Assembly: GCA_030141605.1 (NCBI GenBank)
Contig: JAQGDQ010000018.1
Coordinates: 124,001 to 188,000 of the forward strand
Direction: 5' to 3'
Origin: Tubiluchus corallicola
Lineage: Eukaryota > Animalia > Priapulida
DNA length: 64,000 bases
Position numbers and translations under genes: made by a program. The notes under the pieces were generated by a model. It saw only the letters and a list, made by a program, of their open reading frames with translations. It had not been told where the DNA came from and did not search any database. Of the stretch, positions 38,801 through 52,000 are shown piece by piece; the stretch's first letter is position 1, and each line of letters opens with the position of its first letter.

Positions 38801-41800
38801 ATTTTTATTTTGTAAATTACGATTATATACTCATCTGTGTTCTGTTTCAACTCTTGTTATGCGTTGATGGAAACAATTGCTTTTTTTGAAAAAGGCCAAT
38901 GATTTTAAAAAGCTGTTTGATTTTAGTTGCTGCTTACTGCTTTTGGCTCTTTTATTTAATTATTTTCATCAAGGTTACACAGTGGAGAAAATGGACGAGC
39001 AAACTGGTCGATGGGAAACAGTGACTACAACTAAGAAGACAGAATATACTATCCCTAGCCTCATTGAAGGGCATAGCTATCACTTTGGTGTTAGTGCAGT
39101 TAATGAAGTGGGTGCAAGTGCACCAACAGAAACTGATGAAGCTATAAAGGCAATGAGGACACCGGGTATCTGTCAATTTCTGCATGGCTTTTTTTCATTT
39201 TTATGGTCATTATCGACCTATTTAAGTATTTTATTTATTAGAATACTGCTCTAAAGCTTGAACTCACTTTGTTATCACTAAACAGAAAATAAATAGAACA
39301 TGTCAATTTATACATTTATTTAAAATTCAATTGCTTGTCTGTAGATAATTGGATGTCAGTTTTTTGATGCCTACACCTGGTAAAGCAAAAGACAAATTTC
39401 CAGTAATTTTGGTAGTTATAACGTGTGGGAGAGATTGGAAGTAAAGCTTAAGTTCGCTAATGTATCCGTCTTGAGATTTACACCTTGCAGCATATTCTTC
39501 CTCAAAGAACATAGTGATTCTTAACCTGAAATGTGTTACATTTCTAACACTTAAAAGTTAATTATATTCTTAACTCATTTGCAGCTTCTAACCTAATTAT
39601 TCAGAAATGCTACATTATTCTTTGTACTTAAACTACTTTCTGATGTAAAAGAACTCATTTTTTGTTTAGATTAATAGCACTAATTGCTATTAAGAATTTT
39701 CTTTTACATAGAGCCAGCTAAACTAAAAGTGGATGACGAACTTAAACAAGGTGTAAAACTTAGGGAAGGAGAAAACCTTAGACTGGAAATACCCTTTAGC
39801 GGAAGCCCTATACCAGAATTTGTATTCAAGAAAGATGGCAATTCTATGCCCAGCAAAGCCAAAGTAAGTTGATCAGTAGCAGCTGCTTATTTTTGCTTTA
39901 ATTGTACAACTGTGAAAATCAATACAGCCAAATTAGTAGTTCCATAAAAAGCCCTGAGATCTTTTAAAAGGAATTTGTTACTTGTAAGTCACGCAGCATT
40001 CTAAGGAAAGTGATTACACATATATTTAATGGGAAAGAACTTGTTTTTAAGCTGGTCAGATGCAAGATTGCTTTCAAAGAACTTTAAAAAATTTAGCAAG
40101 AGTATCGCTGCAGTGTAGAGTTAGTTTGTGGAACTAACATGAAGTATAATACATTTGGGTACATATTTTTACCAGGTGACTGTTTACGATGATAAAGCTG
40201 TAATAGAAGTCAAACGTATTAACACTGATGATGAAGGTGTGTATGAAATAAATGCATCGAACGACCTGGGTGATGATTCAATTGAAATCCCTGTAAGCGT
40301 TGTTGATAAACCTGGTGTACCACAAAACTTAGAGGTACCAGAAACGACAACTGATTCAGTAACTTTGCAGTGGGAGGAACCAGAAAAAGATGGAGGAACT
40401 CCTGTTACTTGTAAGTTTTAAATAAAATTCAATAAATTTCTTCAATAGTTTATATATGAAGTGTGAAAAAATATGAATGAGAAATTACTTATACATAATT
40501 TTAATTGCAAGTTTCCTCATTGGTGATGGAGTGAACCCTCAATTTATTAAATTTTTTTATTCCATGTATGACCAAAAAAATAAATTTGAGAACTAACTAA
40601 CACTAAATTGAACCTGAGACAGTTGGGCTATTATTCAGTGTGTCCAGCTACACTTGATTACTAATTAATTAGATGATTTTTGATTAATTTTGAGCGTAGT
40701 CAAAAGTCAGACATCTTTTTTTAATGATGATGATGACGACAACAGTGACAATAACGATGACAATTTTAATGGTGACGGTAATAATGATGTCATTGACTAT
40801 ATAAAAATTTAACGTCTACTGACCATATCTGTTATAATATTGTACTTCAGCATACCTCATAGAGAAGAGAGATGCCAGACGACAAATATGGAGTGAAGTA
40901 ACATCAACACCTGAACTGACTTACAAAATACTAGGATTAATTGAGGGAAATAAATATCATTTCCGTGTCAGTGCTAGAAATAAAGTCGGGACTGGTGAAC
41001 CAGTAGAAACAACACGGCCTATTGTGGCCAAGAACATGTGGGGTAAGTGACAACAAGTTTGTTTTATGATTTTAGTTACAAGGATTAGCAAACTCTGGAC
41101 CAATTCTCCGATTTAAAGTGCTTAGTAAGGGCCATCATTCAGACGCTGCCTATTTTTTTCAAACATGGTCATAGTAAAGTTTTCTTGGTGTTGTTCTGTA
41201 GTTTAACCCTCTTTTTTGTCTAGTTCTCCTTTTACAAACTTGACTTTAACTCATATGCCAGCGAATGAGGCTTGGACTCTAGTGAGGACTCAATTTCTTC
41301 ACTGGTGGTGCCGGTGAGATAAAATTGGTTGACTGCTGCAATCCATGACCCATTCATTTTTGTTGATTAATCAACTTAGTATAAAGTCATAAAAAGTCGC
41401 TAGTTATGTTTTAGAATGATTATTTAACTTTGTTCAGCTTGATTCAGTTTTTAATTTTATGCTGCACTTTTTATTAGATGCACCAGATGCCCCAGCTCCT
41501 CCTAGTATAAGCAGCATGACAACAGAATCATGTGTTGTTTCTTGGCAACCGCCTAAAAACGATGGTGGTGCTCCAGTCACTGGATATTATTTAGAGAAAA
41601 GAGCAGGTAACATCAAATATATGAAATCTGTTAATTTCATTTTTTAGTATGTTCCGGGATGGCGAGGAGCTGACTGTGAAAATGGGGGTTCATGTCCATC
41701 CTTTTGTCCACCTGTCTGCTGTCCTCAATTAGTATTTTTCTCATGTTTATGCAACAAATGATCCGATTAACATCAAACTTGGGTGAACGAATGACTTTTT

Positions 41801-42936
41801 GGGAGATGCCACACAACCTCTTACAATAAAATCCATGACTTTCAGTGTTACTCTTAGTTAATTAGCTAATTAATTTTAAAAACCTAAAATGTTGAAATTA
41901 TTCATTCGCTATACAGGATTTAGAAACATATATCCATCAACTGTCCGAGCGATTTTTGTCATTTTTTCGTTCATAAGAACAGATGGCCTTTAATTTTCAA
42001 TATCATACATTTCTGAATGACTTAAAGGCTTAAAGGAAGTGACAGAAGGATACCACCTAAAACTGTTGAATGACTTAATGAAACTGATGGAAAGGCAGCA
42101 TCGGAAATGTATTTCTAAAATTTGTACATTTTTGCCAAGGTAGACCTTCATTTTAAGAGCCTAGAACTGACAGTGTTCATAATTTATAATTAATAATAAC
42201 ATTTTGCAATATTGATTATAATATTTATTTGGGTTAAATTAAGGTTACAGTCCGCGATGGAGCAAGGTGAATCGGCAGCCTATTAATGACACAGAATTCA
42301 TGGTGGATGACCTGATTGAGGATGAGGAATACGAATTCCGAGTGGCAGCAGAGAATAAAGGTGGTGTGGGAGAATATAGCAGACCATCCGAACGAATGCA
42401 GGCAAAAGAACATAAAAGTATCTTTTTATGCTTTCTCATAATAATAATTGATTTCTACATTTAATGGAATTTGAATGATAATAAGAATTTCTTGTTCTAG
42501 TAGACCTCTAGAAAATTGTTGAATGTGATCTACTTATTCTGTATTTACTTATGAAAATAAATACATTGTGCACACATTATACTACCGAGCTAACTAATAA
42601 TTAACATAGAATGTGTCTTATCATTCTAGAATGCACTTAATCAGATTCATTTAACTTTTATTTAGCCAGTTTCTTTGATTATTTGATTCAGATTAGCACC
42701 AATTATATATTGTGGTAAAATTTAGCTAGTCAAGCTGCTCGACATTGAAAACTTTTACTCGTATGATTTTCCTCGTAAGTTGAAGTACATGCTTCCTTTT
42801 TTTGCATCGCTAGTTCTTATTTAAATGTAAGAAACTTAGAAGTGCTAGCAAAAGCTCACTTTGACATTTGCATTGCTGCTAGCTGCACTCGTAAACTCAT
42901 TTTGGTCGAAGTGCAACTCTTCTTTGCTCTCTCTTT

Positions 42937-43030
<94 letters not shown>

Positions 43031-46000
43031 TTTAGCTTTCCCATGTGAAATTTATGATAATTAGAATCAGTAAATAATACTATTGTTGCACATCTGCTAA
43101 AACAAGTAAAAAAACTTGTCTGGAAGTGGTGTGGATGTCGAGGTCTAGCATGGACACGTACGTGCATACATACATTTGTGTATCCCTTTTGCTCCATTAT
43201 TAATAGATGTTAACTTTACTAGACAATTTGTTTTATGAATAGTAAATTTTATTTCTTGTCTTATCTTTATAAGTTGCTTATTAGCATTTATTGCAATCTT
43301 TATTTTTAGTTCCACCAAAGATTAGAATTCCCAAAGACATGAAAGACGGAGTCACAGTGAAAAAAGGAGACACTTTGAATGTAGAGGTTCCCTTTGAAGG
43401 CTGCCCTCCACCAGAGATAATGTGGCTGTATGAAGAGGTACTGACCAGTGAGCAATCTGTAACTTATTGCTAAATATTGTCTTTTTTTAGTTTACTCTCT
43501 GATCATTTGTTAAGACAGTCATTTAAAAAAACGTTCTACTTATCTACATTTTTGAAAATGTAACGCAAGTGTTAATATACAGTTCATAGAAAGAGGAATG
43601 AATGCCACAGTACAGAATTACCATTTAAATTGTTTCAGTTTTCTTACTGAGGAGTAATTTGTAGCTATCATAGTCATAGTGTTTGCGGCTTAAGTTATTC
43701 ACACATACATGTAAATAAGCTATTGAAAAGCGACTTACGTAAATTACCGATTATTAGCCATCACATTTGTAATATTTCATAACATCTAATTGATCACAAT
43801 CCTAATATTTTGTGTATTTAGAAACCGCTGCCTGATGATGCTGTTGTTAGCAGCACTCCTGCCAAAACAATTATGACAATTGATGCTGTGTCACGTAAAG
43901 ATGCAGGAGAATATAAGATACAGATGGCTAATGAGTTTGGTGCTGATGAAGCTGTCATTCCAGTCCACGTTATTGGTAAGGATTGTGCACAAATCTCGTA
44001 TAACATTAATAATAGCTAATGTAATAGTAATACACCACTAGCAATATTCGTTTCTATGCTGTTTCACATTTTTCTTGTTTTACTATAGAGTAAACAAAAT
44101 ATATTTGTACAATTTAGTAACTCACTAGGCAGTGTAATTTGATTGCGCTTAGTTTTTGAGGGCTTTTTTCTGAGCTTGCAATTACGAATTTTGCTTATAA
44201 AATATCTTATTTATTTTGTTTAACAATTATTTAGCTGGCTTTTTAACAATCATCCCCTGCAAATTGTGATGTTTGCCTGTAAAACGCGGAGGAATTTATG
44301 TTTTAATAGCTTTTTAAAAGCGCAGTCTACATTGTCAGAACACATTACAAAATTAAATGATATTTTGCATGACTTCTTTTTGTCATAAGCACATTTGTTC
44401 ATTTTGCATGTATTGTTCTTTTGCTACTATGTTAAAGTTCTAATGACACTCAACTTTGTTTAACAAAAACTGATAAGTGCATAACTTGTTATATCACTGT
44501 AAACATGTTGGACGAGTAAACTGGACTTGATTTGAAACTTTTCAAGCACTTTCTCAGGTTCTCCAAAAGCAAAGAATAAATTTATCTAGCATCCATTATT
44601 ACTAAAATGCCTATGATTTTTTTGTTGCAGTACGAGCAGCCACATCAGTTAAATTGCTCTCAAATCACTTTAACTAACTGCATATTTGACTGTATTGTGC
44701 TACTGTGTGCAGAACTATTACTTTTATGCAGAAAAGCCATCATCTCCCTGTGACGTGCGAGTAACTGAAGTCTCATCTCAAGAAGCTGTAACAGAATGGG
44801 ACCGTCCAGAAGACGATGGCGGCTGTGAAGTTTTAGATTTTGTGGTTGAAGTTTGTGATGAAGATACACTAGGAGAGTAAGTTATAAACAATAAACATTA
44901 CCTGATTTGAATTTGGCATTGTTAAAACTTCTGAACTAAACTGTGTTTGTGAAACTCTTAACATTATTAAATATTATTATTTTTTTGCAATTTGACGCCT
45001 GACAGACCATGGTCCAGCACGCACTCACCAACAGATCCTATAAATGGCTAAGATGGTATGGTACTGGGATTGGAACTTAGATCATTATCATATCCCCTAA
45101 GATTAAGCACTGAATTAACAGAGATGTTATCTATTATTAGATGCACATACATCTTTCTGCAAAGAAGTAAACTGCCAGATGGCAGATGAAATCACACAAA
45201 GTTTCCACGTGGCTGCCATCCATTTAGTGAGCAAATTCAACGTTGCTTGACTTTGGTTGGCAAGCATACACACTGACCACTCAACTGTCTTTCTTAGTTG
45301 CAAAATTACAGCTTAATTGTTGTTGTTCTTGCAGTTGGAAGAAGGTTGCAACAACCAAGGACAATAAGGCTGTTGTCCCACATTTGGAAGAAGATCATGA
45401 ATACAGAATTCGTGTTTCAGCTAAAAACCCTGCTGGTCAGAGTAAGCCTACAGAAATTGAGCGTCCATTCATTGCACAAGATAAACCAAGTATATAGATA
45501 TATTCATTTGTTATCATAATATACATTCGAGCCATCCATATGTTATCAGTAAATAACTGCAAATGAGCATGCTGACAAATGTTTAATTTTAACAGATTAC
45601 TTGGCTTCTCTCTTTTGACAACTAAGATGAAAACTTCATGACCTGTAATCATTATTTAAACTATAATCTTACAAAAGTTTTGAATTCCCATGAATGCGTT
45701 GCTGTTAAAAACTGCCAACTATGACTTAAGTTTCTCTGTATTTTTTTCTCAGTTGAAACACTTGATACAACAATTAATATGGTTAAACAGAAAATTTCAA
45801 AGGCTTTCAAACTGTGTATTGCACAATATATTTGTTGCAGCATAATAATTGTAAAACTAACACGTGCGCATTAGACCCGACAAGGCAGCTTCTGGATAGT
45901 ATTGCTGATTGTTCCAACTACAGTTTATTTTATATTAACTGCCAATGGTTAACATTTATACATAGTATAAATAAGAATTTTACCTTTAAAACCATGGTGA

Positions 46001-49000
46001 ACAATATTTCTAAATGAATGTTCTAAGAGCAGTAATTGAGCATCACTTCTTAGATGCACACTGACAACAGAGAGCATGCTATTAAAAAATTATCCAATTG
46101 TGAAACTTAAAACAATATTTATAGTAAAATTAAGGTATAAATGCAGCATAGGATGATGTTTTATGCTTTACTGTTACGACACTAGGTTAGTAATTCATCG
46201 TAGGTCGATAATCAAGCAAACCGACCTGTTATCATGTCATGACTCCCTAAACACCAGTTCAATGCTACAACTGATTGATTGCAAAAATCTTTTGTGAAAA
46301 TGTATAAACACATGTATAAGAAGGGTGACTTCTGTAATCCTTTCTACTGTCTAATGATTTAATTAAATAAAAGAAATTACCCCATTGGGAACAAGTCTTC
46401 TCTTATTGATCACAGAACTTGGGTTATCACCTTGTGTAAAATAAAAAGAGAGAGGAAAAGCCCCCAAAGGGCTTGTTTGAGATTTTGATGTGGTAGTTTA
46501 GTATCGTGTTTATTTTAGTGGCACCGGTGTTAAAAGTGGGAAACAAATATGCCGATGGTGCAACTTTCAAAGCAGGTCAACCAATTAAACTGGATATACC
46601 TTTCCGTGCTATTCCTCCACCAGAAGTAGAATGGTTGTACAAAGGCGAACCACTGGAATCTGCTGGGAGAGTAAAAGTAAGAGCTGTGCTGTATGTGTTG
46701 TGCACAACTGTGCATGAATCATGTAATTCATGAAAGTATTTTACAGTTAATTTAAATAAACTTTTTAATTTATATTTGCTAAGAATGTTGACAACTAATA
46801 ATGTTATAGATTGATACTACCAAGGGCAAAAGTGCGTTGACGGTGAAAGACACAGAAAGGCGGGATGGTGGCGATTTTACCATTAAAATCAGTAATGAAC
46901 TTGGAGAAGAAACCTACACAGTGCCTGTTAATGTAATTGGTAAGTTAAAATTTAAAGGTAATCTATCTGCAAATGGAATGAGAGTGTGGTAGTGTTTTTA
47001 GCCTGTTATCTTGTTGATATTGGTCTTAAAGCTTAAAAGTTGTTGAACTCGTTTCAATGCAACTGTAGAACTTGTACTTTCTGTTGGTTTTCAATTGATC
47101 TTTCTATCGTGACTTTGAACAGCAAGTTTATATCTTTTATGTACTTAAGCAAAGAAAACTTGCAACAGTTTTGCAAATTACTGAATTCTTTATTAATTAT
47201 TAACACAAGAATTTTATTCTTTATTAACAATAAGAAAATTTTAAAAAATTTGACAATAAAATTTATACCACTGACAGCATTCATTAAATGGTGACTGATT
47301 AGGTAACTATTTACTTTAGCAAAGCACTTTATAGTGTTAGGAATACAGGAACTTTAAGGAGTTCAGCAACCGAAATTATGAATCTGATTGTTAGTATAGT
47401 AGCTTATGCAGGATTTTTTTCATCCCATAGGAAACTTTTAGTACTATATATCATTTTAAGGCTTAGGATATGTGTAGATCACAAAAAATGTGATGTCAGT
47501 TTTTAATCAATCATAAATTCAGAATTCAAGATGGCATCCAGCATGGATGCCAACTGTTCATATTTCTATATTCTTGATTCTAGTTAAGTATAATTAATCA
47601 TTCAGATGTCTAGTTATAATACTTGTCTGTGTCCATAAATGAGTAAACCTGACAGTGAAACATCTAATTGTACTTGTTTAGGCCCCATACTTACTCCGCC
47701 CCTCAATTAGCTGCTATTCTGTTATTTATGTGTAACTGTTGCACCAAGGACTGCTCCATTTTTGGCGAGTACAGTGTTACTGATGGTCTGTTTTTCAAAT
47801 TGGGGTTACCGGGAGAAAAAGGGTGCAGAAAATCTCTAAGGATCGTCTTTCTTGTCCCATTTTTTTTAACAAAATTTGTAGTGTTTAGTTAGAGAGAAAG
47901 GCGTACATTGCTGGGGGTTCGTGCCAAAAATGGTTGGGTGTAAAAGAATGGGCAATCAGCATTTTCTGGAACACATCTACCCTAATTTTTCAAAAGATTA
48001 TACTGAAAAAATTGATCTGTGCAACAGTTTGATCATCTTGGAAAAAATAAACGTACTGGCAGGAAGAGAAGTTTTATAAGATGTGAGCTTTGTTTAGGGA
48101 GATGTTCACTGAACAAAATGGAAAGTTCTTTTTCATCTCCCTCTATTGCTGTACGCTATTTGGAACACCTATTATATTTGGTATTCAGAAGTTAGTTGGC
48201 TTTTCCGGGCATTGTCATCATCCTGCTGTGTCATCACCTTCTGTTGTATTGTAGAGAGATCTATAATTGTAAAATTTTAAAATGTTTTTGCATATTGTAT
48301 ATGTTTGTATTGTTGGTGATGGTGTATTGTTCGACGCTGTTGTTGTCATCCTTGTTGAGCTATTGTCATGATGTGGTGTGTATTGTTGCTGTGGTTTTGG
48401 GTGGGTTGTTGTTTTTTGGTTTATGCGTAAAACTCTTGTGAATTTTGGCCGAGGGGGAGGGTATGGGGCTTAACCAAGGGATATTCCACTATGACCTTTA
48501 CTAATTTATAGACATTAACATGTACAGCAGCAAAAATATAGAAGCTTCAGAGCCTTGGATGTCATTGAAATCTTGAGTTGTTTAAATTTTTAAAAAAAAG
48601 ACACCATGTTTTTGCAGTGTACTCATCATAAGCTTTAAAAGATATATAATATAAAAAATTGACACGAATTTCCAATGGCATTACCAAGCCCCTGCATTAT
48701 GTACTAAAATGGAGAAATAATTATAGCAGTTGGTTTGTTAGGGTGGTAAACGTCAAGCTCAGCAAATCATTTGGACTACCTCAACTGACCGATGGTCGGA
48801 AATCATAAGAGGCTAACTTTGTGCTCTCTTGTCTCTCACAAATGGTTGCAATTCTATTACATAGCCTTCTAACTGATAGAAGGAATAAAAACTACCTTTA
48901 TAATCTCTTATGTATTTATGTATTTTGTATATGAATTTTTTTATACAATAAATTTGGTCTTCTTTTTCTTTCTGCTATAGTTATCCGCTTTCTTTGTTAC

Positions 49001-52000
49001 TTATAAAACTAAGTAAATTATGTCTGAACAATTTAGAAGATAATCACGGGACTAATATATTTCTTTCCTTTTACTATAATTGTAGACAAACCCTCGGCTC
49101 CAGCTGAAGTACAAATAAAAGCCATATCAGCAAAAGATGCAACAGCTGAATGGAAAGCACCTGAAGAAAATGGCGGTTGTGAGATAACTGACTACATTGT
49201 TGACATTTGCGATGAGGAAAGTCCAAACAGGTAGATTATGCAGGATAGTTGTGCCTAAGTAACAATGCAGAGTTTATTGTATTTTTTAGTTTTTAAATAC
49301 GAGTATTAATAAATTAGCAATGGTAGTATAAATGTTTATATATACTGAAATAAATTAGCAAAATTTGTAAATAGGTTATAACTAAATATGAAAACTAGTC
49401 TTTTTTAAAATTTTTAATAAGTTATAATTACAAATCACAAACTTTTGCCACTTTGTGATGACAGAGCTTATACTCTGTGTTTTTCATTAATGTGACATAT
49501 GGTCAAACACTGACATTGTGCATTTGCACAAACTGCATGCATATTTTGTTGTACAGTTATAGGATACTTTTTTGTTAGTAATATCGAACAACATGTGGAA
49601 AACATCTGCAATACATTATGAATTAAATGTGCATTTAATCTATAAGGTCTAGTCTTAATGTTGGATTTATTTTAGGTGGAAAAATGTCACCAAAACTAAA
49701 GATATTTCATGCAACATTCCTAATCTACAAGAGGATCACGACTATAGAGTCAGAGTTGTTGCACAGAATGAGATGGGTAGAGGTCCACCAAAAGAATCAA
49801 ATGTGTTTACTGCTGCTGATAAACCAAGTACGAACCCTCTCAACTATTAATTACATGTTTACAAATTTACAAGCGATCAAGTAGTACGAATTAGTAATTG
49901 CATTCATTTCTTCATAATTCTGCAACCAATTAGATGGTTACAATACAGGAATCTTTATAAGTACAATAAATTTTTAGTGGCCCCCGAGCTGAAAGTTGAC
50001 AACAAATATGCACAAGGTGCAACAGTAAAGGCAGGACAACCAATCAAGTTGGATATACCTTTCCGTGCTATACCTGGTGCAGAAGTTCAATGGGAATATA
50101 ATGGTGAACCATTGGAGGCTGATGACAGAGTGAAGGTTATGGTTGCTTTCATATTCTTGCAGCTCTAGTAAAGGTTTTTGTATTTGCAGTGCCGTTAAAT
50201 TTAGGTGGTTTGTAGTTGTGCTTAAGTAGCTGACTCTTTGCTGTTAATTACATGCAAGTATTTTAGTTAAATATATTATTTCTGTACTTCACAATGATGT
50301 GTATCAACCAGTAAAAGCAAAAGTAGAACATAAAATCATAGACATAAATAAATTATTGTCAAAACTAGTTACTGAGACTATTTCTTGAGCATTCATCAAC
50401 ATTTATCAGTTTTTATAATTTACTACATTTACAGTCGAGTTTCAGTTTTATTTAACCTTAATTTTACAGATTGATCAGAAAAAGAACTTGGCTTCATTGA
50501 CAGTAAATAAATCAAAGAGAGACGATAAGGGCGACTATACTGTCAAACTTTCAAATGAACTTGGAGAAAATAGTTTTACAGTTCCTGTAAATGTTATTGG
50601 TATGTAGCATTTAAAGTTTATATTCTAGTTTGGTAGATAGATTCTCCTATTAAAAAATTAATAATTTCTTAATGTTTTATAAGCTTAAGTCCATTGTCAG
50701 TAAAGGTTTCATGTCTGTATCATTACAAATTGGTCTACGTAATCACAAGTGCAATCACTGGAATAATTTGTTGAGCTAATTAATTAATATCTTGGTAATT
50801 ATTAACTAGAAAATTTTAATCAATAGCTTCGTTATTATTAACTAGACAATTAATTATCAATTATGGCGTATTTATGTGGAAGCTGTGGAGAGCAGTATTC
50901 ACTGTCAAACTGTCTAGGGTTTAGCTATGCTAATGAGAACATATAATTGTAAAATCTTATTTTGCAGTTATCTGCCCAACTTAAAGCCCAAGAAAACTCT
51001 CCACTTACATAAAGCTTAAAAAAACCATCTGGAAATTTTATACCACTTACATACTGCCTTTTTGCCTACATGGCATCGAACGCTATATAAAACTTGTAAA
51101 TTTATACTCCCGCATGATGGTTAGGTGCAACCATTTTAATGGTAGGTCGTTTGAAACAAGCTTAGATAACATTGCGTGCGTGATGTTTGAAAAAATAATC
51201 AGTACATGCGTAGCACACATGTTATTAACTAAGTAAAATTTTAATAAAATTACTGTATCTTGTCAATAAGATTAAATATACATTTTTTGGTTCATGAGTG
51301 GTGCACCGTGGAGGATGAGCCAGCAATATTTTACCAATTGGCACGAATATTTTAAATTATTATTTCTAGTTACATAAGTCTTTCCAGTAGGTACTCGAAA
51401 TGCTAAGTAATATAGATTTGTATGGAAAGTTTTTTGAGACGTAATTTAACGTTGCTTCTTCTTCTCCTGCTTTATGTTGTGCATATGTGAAGTCATATAA
51501 TGGTGCCGTCGGAACAGTATCGCGGGAGATTTAAAATGAAAACAAACAAAAATTCCTTTTAACTCAAGTACGATATATGCATAAAATCGCTGCAAAGTAA
51601 TATCATTCTTTGTGGCGATTTTTCTGAAACCTTCTTCGGGTACCCCTTTACTTGTCCTTTAACCAGAAATAATATTTAATTTAGAAATCTATTTGACAGA
51701 TGGGGTAACTCATGCCTTACTATTAAAACAAATTTTAAAAACCTATTGTCAACGATTCACCTGAATATACGAAGTTTAGCTGCCAACTACGATTACTTAA
51801 TTGTACTACTGGAAATGCTACAAACCCAATTCTCATTAATTTCACTAACTCAGACCTATTATATGGGTTTACAGGTAATTCAGTGTTTGTCTTAGCTGAA
51901 ACTTCCAATTCATACTAAGTGGATTATAGGCGTTCGTTAGATTATAAGTAAATTATAGATGAACGAAGACAGTCGTATTTTGATCTAGCATACTCGACAT

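Noticed and set aside
41648-42150. Intronic segment resembling a short interspersed non-autonomous element (gtccatcc...ctgtctg, catcaaacttgg)
   Set aside because: No TIR, TSD or second copy in the window to support a call.
42842-43197. ORFs with (SL)n and (ER)n runs on both strands
   Set aside because: Artefacts of the (CT)n repeat.
47330-48800. Possible nested DNA-transposon fragments in a 2.1-kb intron (caagatggc motif, short palindrome)
   Set aside because: Ends and TSDs could not be defined from the sequence.
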